This document shows, piece after piece, positions 61,274 to 64,000 of a stretch of DNA of 64,000 bases. Origin of the DNA: an uncultured Gemmatimonadales bacterium. GTDB lineage: Bacteria; Gemmatimonadota; Gemmatimonadetes; Gemmatimonadales; GWC2-71-9. The DNA lies in NCBI GenBank assembly GCA_963728915.1, contig CAVSLV010000001.1:448001-512000 (forward strand). The letters are read 5' to 3'. The notes below the pieces were generated by a model. That model was given only the letters and a program-made list of their open reading frames with translations. It had not been told where the DNA came from and made no database searches. Within the stretch, counting starts at the first letter, position 1. Each line of letters opens with the position of its first letter. The position numbers and the translations under genes were made by a program.

Positions 61274-62584
61274 ATGATCACGCGACGAGGGTTCATCGGT
61301 ACGGCGAGCCTGGCCGGGCTCGCCGCGGCGCTTCCGGTTGAGGCAGAGCGCCGGGAGCATCAGGGGCAGGGCAGCCTGCCGCCGCTCGACCGGCCGTCCG
61401 GGTCGCCGGAGGCGGTGGCCAGGGATGAGGCGTACTGGCAACGGGTCGCCGCCTATTACCGGATCGGGACCGGGTACACCAACCTCGAGGCGGGCTACTG
61501 GGGCATGATGGCCCTACCGGTGCTCACCACGTATCACGGGCACATCGACCGGGTCAATCGCGACAATTCGTATTACGCGAGGCGCGAATACGACAAGGAC
61601 CTGGCGGCGGCCCGGGAGCGGGTCGCGCGATTCGTCGGCGCCAAGCCGACCGAGGTGGTCTTTACCCGCGGCGCGACCGAGGCGCTCCAGCGACTGATCA
61701 TCCAGTACCGGCCGGTCCAGGCCGGCGACGCGGTGATCTACGGAGATCTCGATTACAGCTCGATGCAGCTCGCCATGAACGCGCTGGCCGAGCAGCGGGG
61801 GGCGCAGGTGGTGCGGTTCGAATTTCCCGAGCCGGCGACCCGGGAAAGCGTGTTAGCGGCGTACGCCCGGGTGCTCGAGACCCCGAAGGCCCGGCTCCTC
61901 CTCCTGACTCACCTCAACAACAAGACCGGGCTCATCATTCCCATTAAGGACATCGTAGCCATGGCCCGGGCCAGGGGCGTGGACGTCGTGGTGGATGCGG
62001 CCCATTCTTTCGGTCAGTGTGATATCAAACTGGCCGACCTGGACGCCGACTTCGTGGGTCTCAATCTCCACAAGTGGCTGGGCGCGCCGGTCGGCGCCGG
62101 CCTCATGTACATCCGTGAGAACCGGCTCGCCGACATCGGCCCGATGCTCGGCGATGACGGGCCGGCCGACCGGATCGACAGCCGGGTGCACACCGGCACC
62201 GCGAACTTCGCCACTTTCCTGACCGTCCCCGCCGCGGTGGATTTCCACGAAGCGGTGGGCGCGCCCCACAAGGCGGCCCGGCTCCGCTATCTCCGGGATC
62301 GGTGGGTGAAATCCTTGCGAGGAACTCGGGGAATCGACATCCTGACTCCGGATGAGTCAGGCTCGGTCGCCGCGATCACCTCGTTTCGTCTCAACGGCAA
62401 GACCGGCAAAGCGGAGAACCAGGCGGTGGTGACCGATCTCCTCGACCACTATGGCATCTTCACAGTGTGGCGTACCGGGGTGGCGCGGGGCGACTGCGTG
62501 CGGGTGACGCCGTCATTGTATAACACGCCGGCAGACGTGGATCACCTGGCCAGTGCGTTGCGGGAGATCGCGGCGCGGGGCTGA
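61274..62584 (+). CDS. Tat-exported class-V PLP aminotransferase (isopenicillin-N-epimerase/cysteine desulfurase-like)
   Basis: TRRGFI Tat motif; GATEAL, VDAAHSFG, NLHKWLGAP.G.G. Confidence 0.92.
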   Translation: MITRRGFIGTASLAGLAAALPVEAERREHQGQGSLPPLDRPSGSPEAVARDEAYWQRVAAYYRIGTGYTNLEAGYWGMMALPVLTTYHGHIDRVNRDNSYYARREYDKDLAAARERVARFVGAKPTEVVFTRGATEALQRLIIQYRPVQAGDAVIYGDLDYSSMQLAMNALAEQRGAQVVRFEFPEPATRESVLAAYARVLETPKARLLLLTHLNNKTGLIIPIKDIVAMARARGVDVVVDAAHSFGQCDIKLADLDADFVGLNLHKWLGAPVGAGLMYIRENRLADIGPMLGDDGPADRIDSRVHTGTANFATFLTVPAAVDFHEAVGAPHKAARLRYLRDRWVKSLRGTRGIDILTPDESGSVAAITSFRLNGKTGKAENQAVVTDLLDHYGIFTVWRTGVARGDCVRVTPSLYNTPADVDHLASALREIAARG

Positions 62585-62594
62585 GCGCCTGGCT

Positions 62595-64000
62595 TCAGGG
62601 TACGGTCCGGTTGGCCGTCCTGAAAGCCGCAAAGACGCGGAGCTCGGGGAAGTGGCGGCGGCTGCTCGTGCCATCGGCGTAGCGGCTCAACCGGTCGTAA
62701 TACGAACCCTGGATCATGAGAGAGAGTTGCAATGGGGTCGGGATGCTGGCCTCGACCGCGGCATAGGTCAGCAGGTGATCGGCATCCGCGCCGTTGACGG
62801 AGTGGATCCACGCCGGTTGATAGTGGACCGTGAGGTATGGCATCCCGTCATGCTCGATTCCCGCCTCGAAGGTCCCCCCAGCCCCCGGACCAAAGTCGTA
62901 GTCACGTGGTCCAACGCCCGCTCCCGGGGCATTGATTCCGGCCAGCACGATGCCGTCTCCCGCCGCCAGGGTCCGCAGCCAGAACTTCCCGCTCAGGTGG
63001 ATTCGTGAGCTCAGGCCAAGCTCAAGGGTCTGTCCCCCGAATTGCAGGGCCCCGTTGTTGAGATACTCGAAGCGCTGATCGAGCTCGATCTGGTGGCGGT
63101 GCCATTCGCTGCTGCCCAGCTCGGTCCCGGCCACCCGCCCGACCCCGACCAGCTGGGTCAGGCCCCCGTGCCCCGGGGCGAACATGATCCGGGCGCTGAA
63201 GGCGTCGAACGGCTTCTTCAGGGAATCGATGTAGGCATCCCCATGTTTGAGATCGGCGAAGAGGATGGAGGAATAGGTGGCGTCCTTGAGACTCTCCAGG
63301 AGCGGGCCCGGCCCGCGCACAATGCCGGCTCCTCCGCCGAGCCGGGCCACGGTCGCCGGGGGTCGGTGCTCGGACGAGTTAGGCCCGCGGCGACTCCAGT
63401 CGCCCCGCACCAGGCGGTTGACGCCGCCGGCCGGATCGAAGGGGAGCGCGGCCAGCTCCCGCAGCATCCGGACGCCACCGCCGCTCTCGTTGTTGCGAAT
63501 GGTGGCAGCGACCCGGTGGAACATCTCACCCAGGGCGGCTCCGCCTAACCCGGTATCGACCAGGTCGTTGATGGACGGGCGGGTCGTCTCACCGAAGTAT
63601 TCCCAGATCGCCGAGTGGAAGAAGCTGAGTGGCACCCCCTCCCAGAACGACAGCCCGTTGCTGCGCGCCGCCGCGAAGTAGAGGGAGCCATTGTAGGGAT
63701 GGCCCAGCATATTGACCACGAAGTTGTCCTTATCCCAGTCCCAGCCCCGTTCCAGATTGGTCCGCCAGGTCGTGGGTGTCACCCGGGCCGTGCTGTCGCG
63801 CAGCACCCAGGCATTGAAGCGATTGACGGAGCCGTTGATCAGGAACCCCTCGAAGAGGGCGGCCGGGAGACTGGCCCGAGTGCAGAATCCGCAGCGCGCG
63901 CTGTCCTCAATGGGCGCAGAGGGTTGGACCGGGACGACGACGGAATCCTGCGCGAGCGCGGCGTGGAGGGGGGGACACACCAGCCCGGCCAGCCGAGCAA
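62595..64000 (-). CDS. DUF3943-like outer-membrane protein; 5' end lies beyond the window
   Basis: WDWDKDNFVVNMLGHPYNGSLYF.AARSNG, WEYFGETTRPSINDL. Confidence 0.8.
   Translation of the reverse strand, partial: ARLAGLVCPPLHAALAQDSVVVPVQPSAPIEDSARCGFCTRASLPAALFEGFLINGSVNRFNAWVLRDSTARVTPTTWRTNLERGWDWDKDNFVVNMLGHPYNGSLYFAAARSNGLSFWEGVPLSFFHSAIWEYFGETTRPSINDLVDTGLGGAALGEMFHRVAATIRNNESGGGVRMLRELAALPFDPAGGVNRLVRGDWSRRGPNSSEHRPPATVARLGGGAGIVRGPGPLLESLKDATYSSILFADLKHGDAYIDSLKKPFDAFSARIMFAPGHGGLTQLVGVGRVAGTELGSSEWHRHQIELDQRFEYLNNGALQFGGQTLELGLSSRIHLSGKFWLRTLAAGDGIVLAGINAPGAGVGPRDYDFGPGAGGTFEAGIEHDGMPYLTVHYQPAWIHSVNGADADHLLTYAAVEASIPTPLQLSLMIQGSYYDRLSRYADGTSSRRHFPELRVFAAFRTANRTVP

Overview
GC-rich bacterial window. 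Gene content (PadR/ADOP permease, Oar-type TonB receptor, Big_2/PPC lipoprotein, PQQ-cytochrome c dehydrogenase) suggests Gemmatimonadota or an Acidobacteria-like lineage; this is inference only. It opens with an Rrf2 regulator and groES-groEL. A visibly lower-GC accessory block follows (about 2.9-14.9 kb). It carries a SIR2-STAND-TPR-cold-shock defence protein and a type II restriction-modification pair, together bracketed by two related ~33-bp palindromic repeats, then orphan secreted proteins including a lipoprotein with four 345-bp repeats. About 14.9-19 kb holds gene remnants and three toxin-antitoxin pairs. Next come hslR, a sulfite-oxidase-like enzyme and a cupredoxin/hybrid kinase/porin-like triplet. 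A candidate extracellular nucleic-acid capture and uptake locus follows (ComEC-like MBL nuclease, two OB-fold lipoproteins, TonB-dependent receptor, phosphoesterase). The remainder holds a glycosylation cluster, a LytS/LytTR system with a visible LytTR box and its probable target operon, a VapBC pair, and assorted secreted proteins and enzymes. Five otherwise intact genes carry single-base frameshifts, probably assembly errors. I saw no rRNA, tRNA, CRISPR array, integrase or transposase. All family assignments come from motif recognition by eye, not from database searches.
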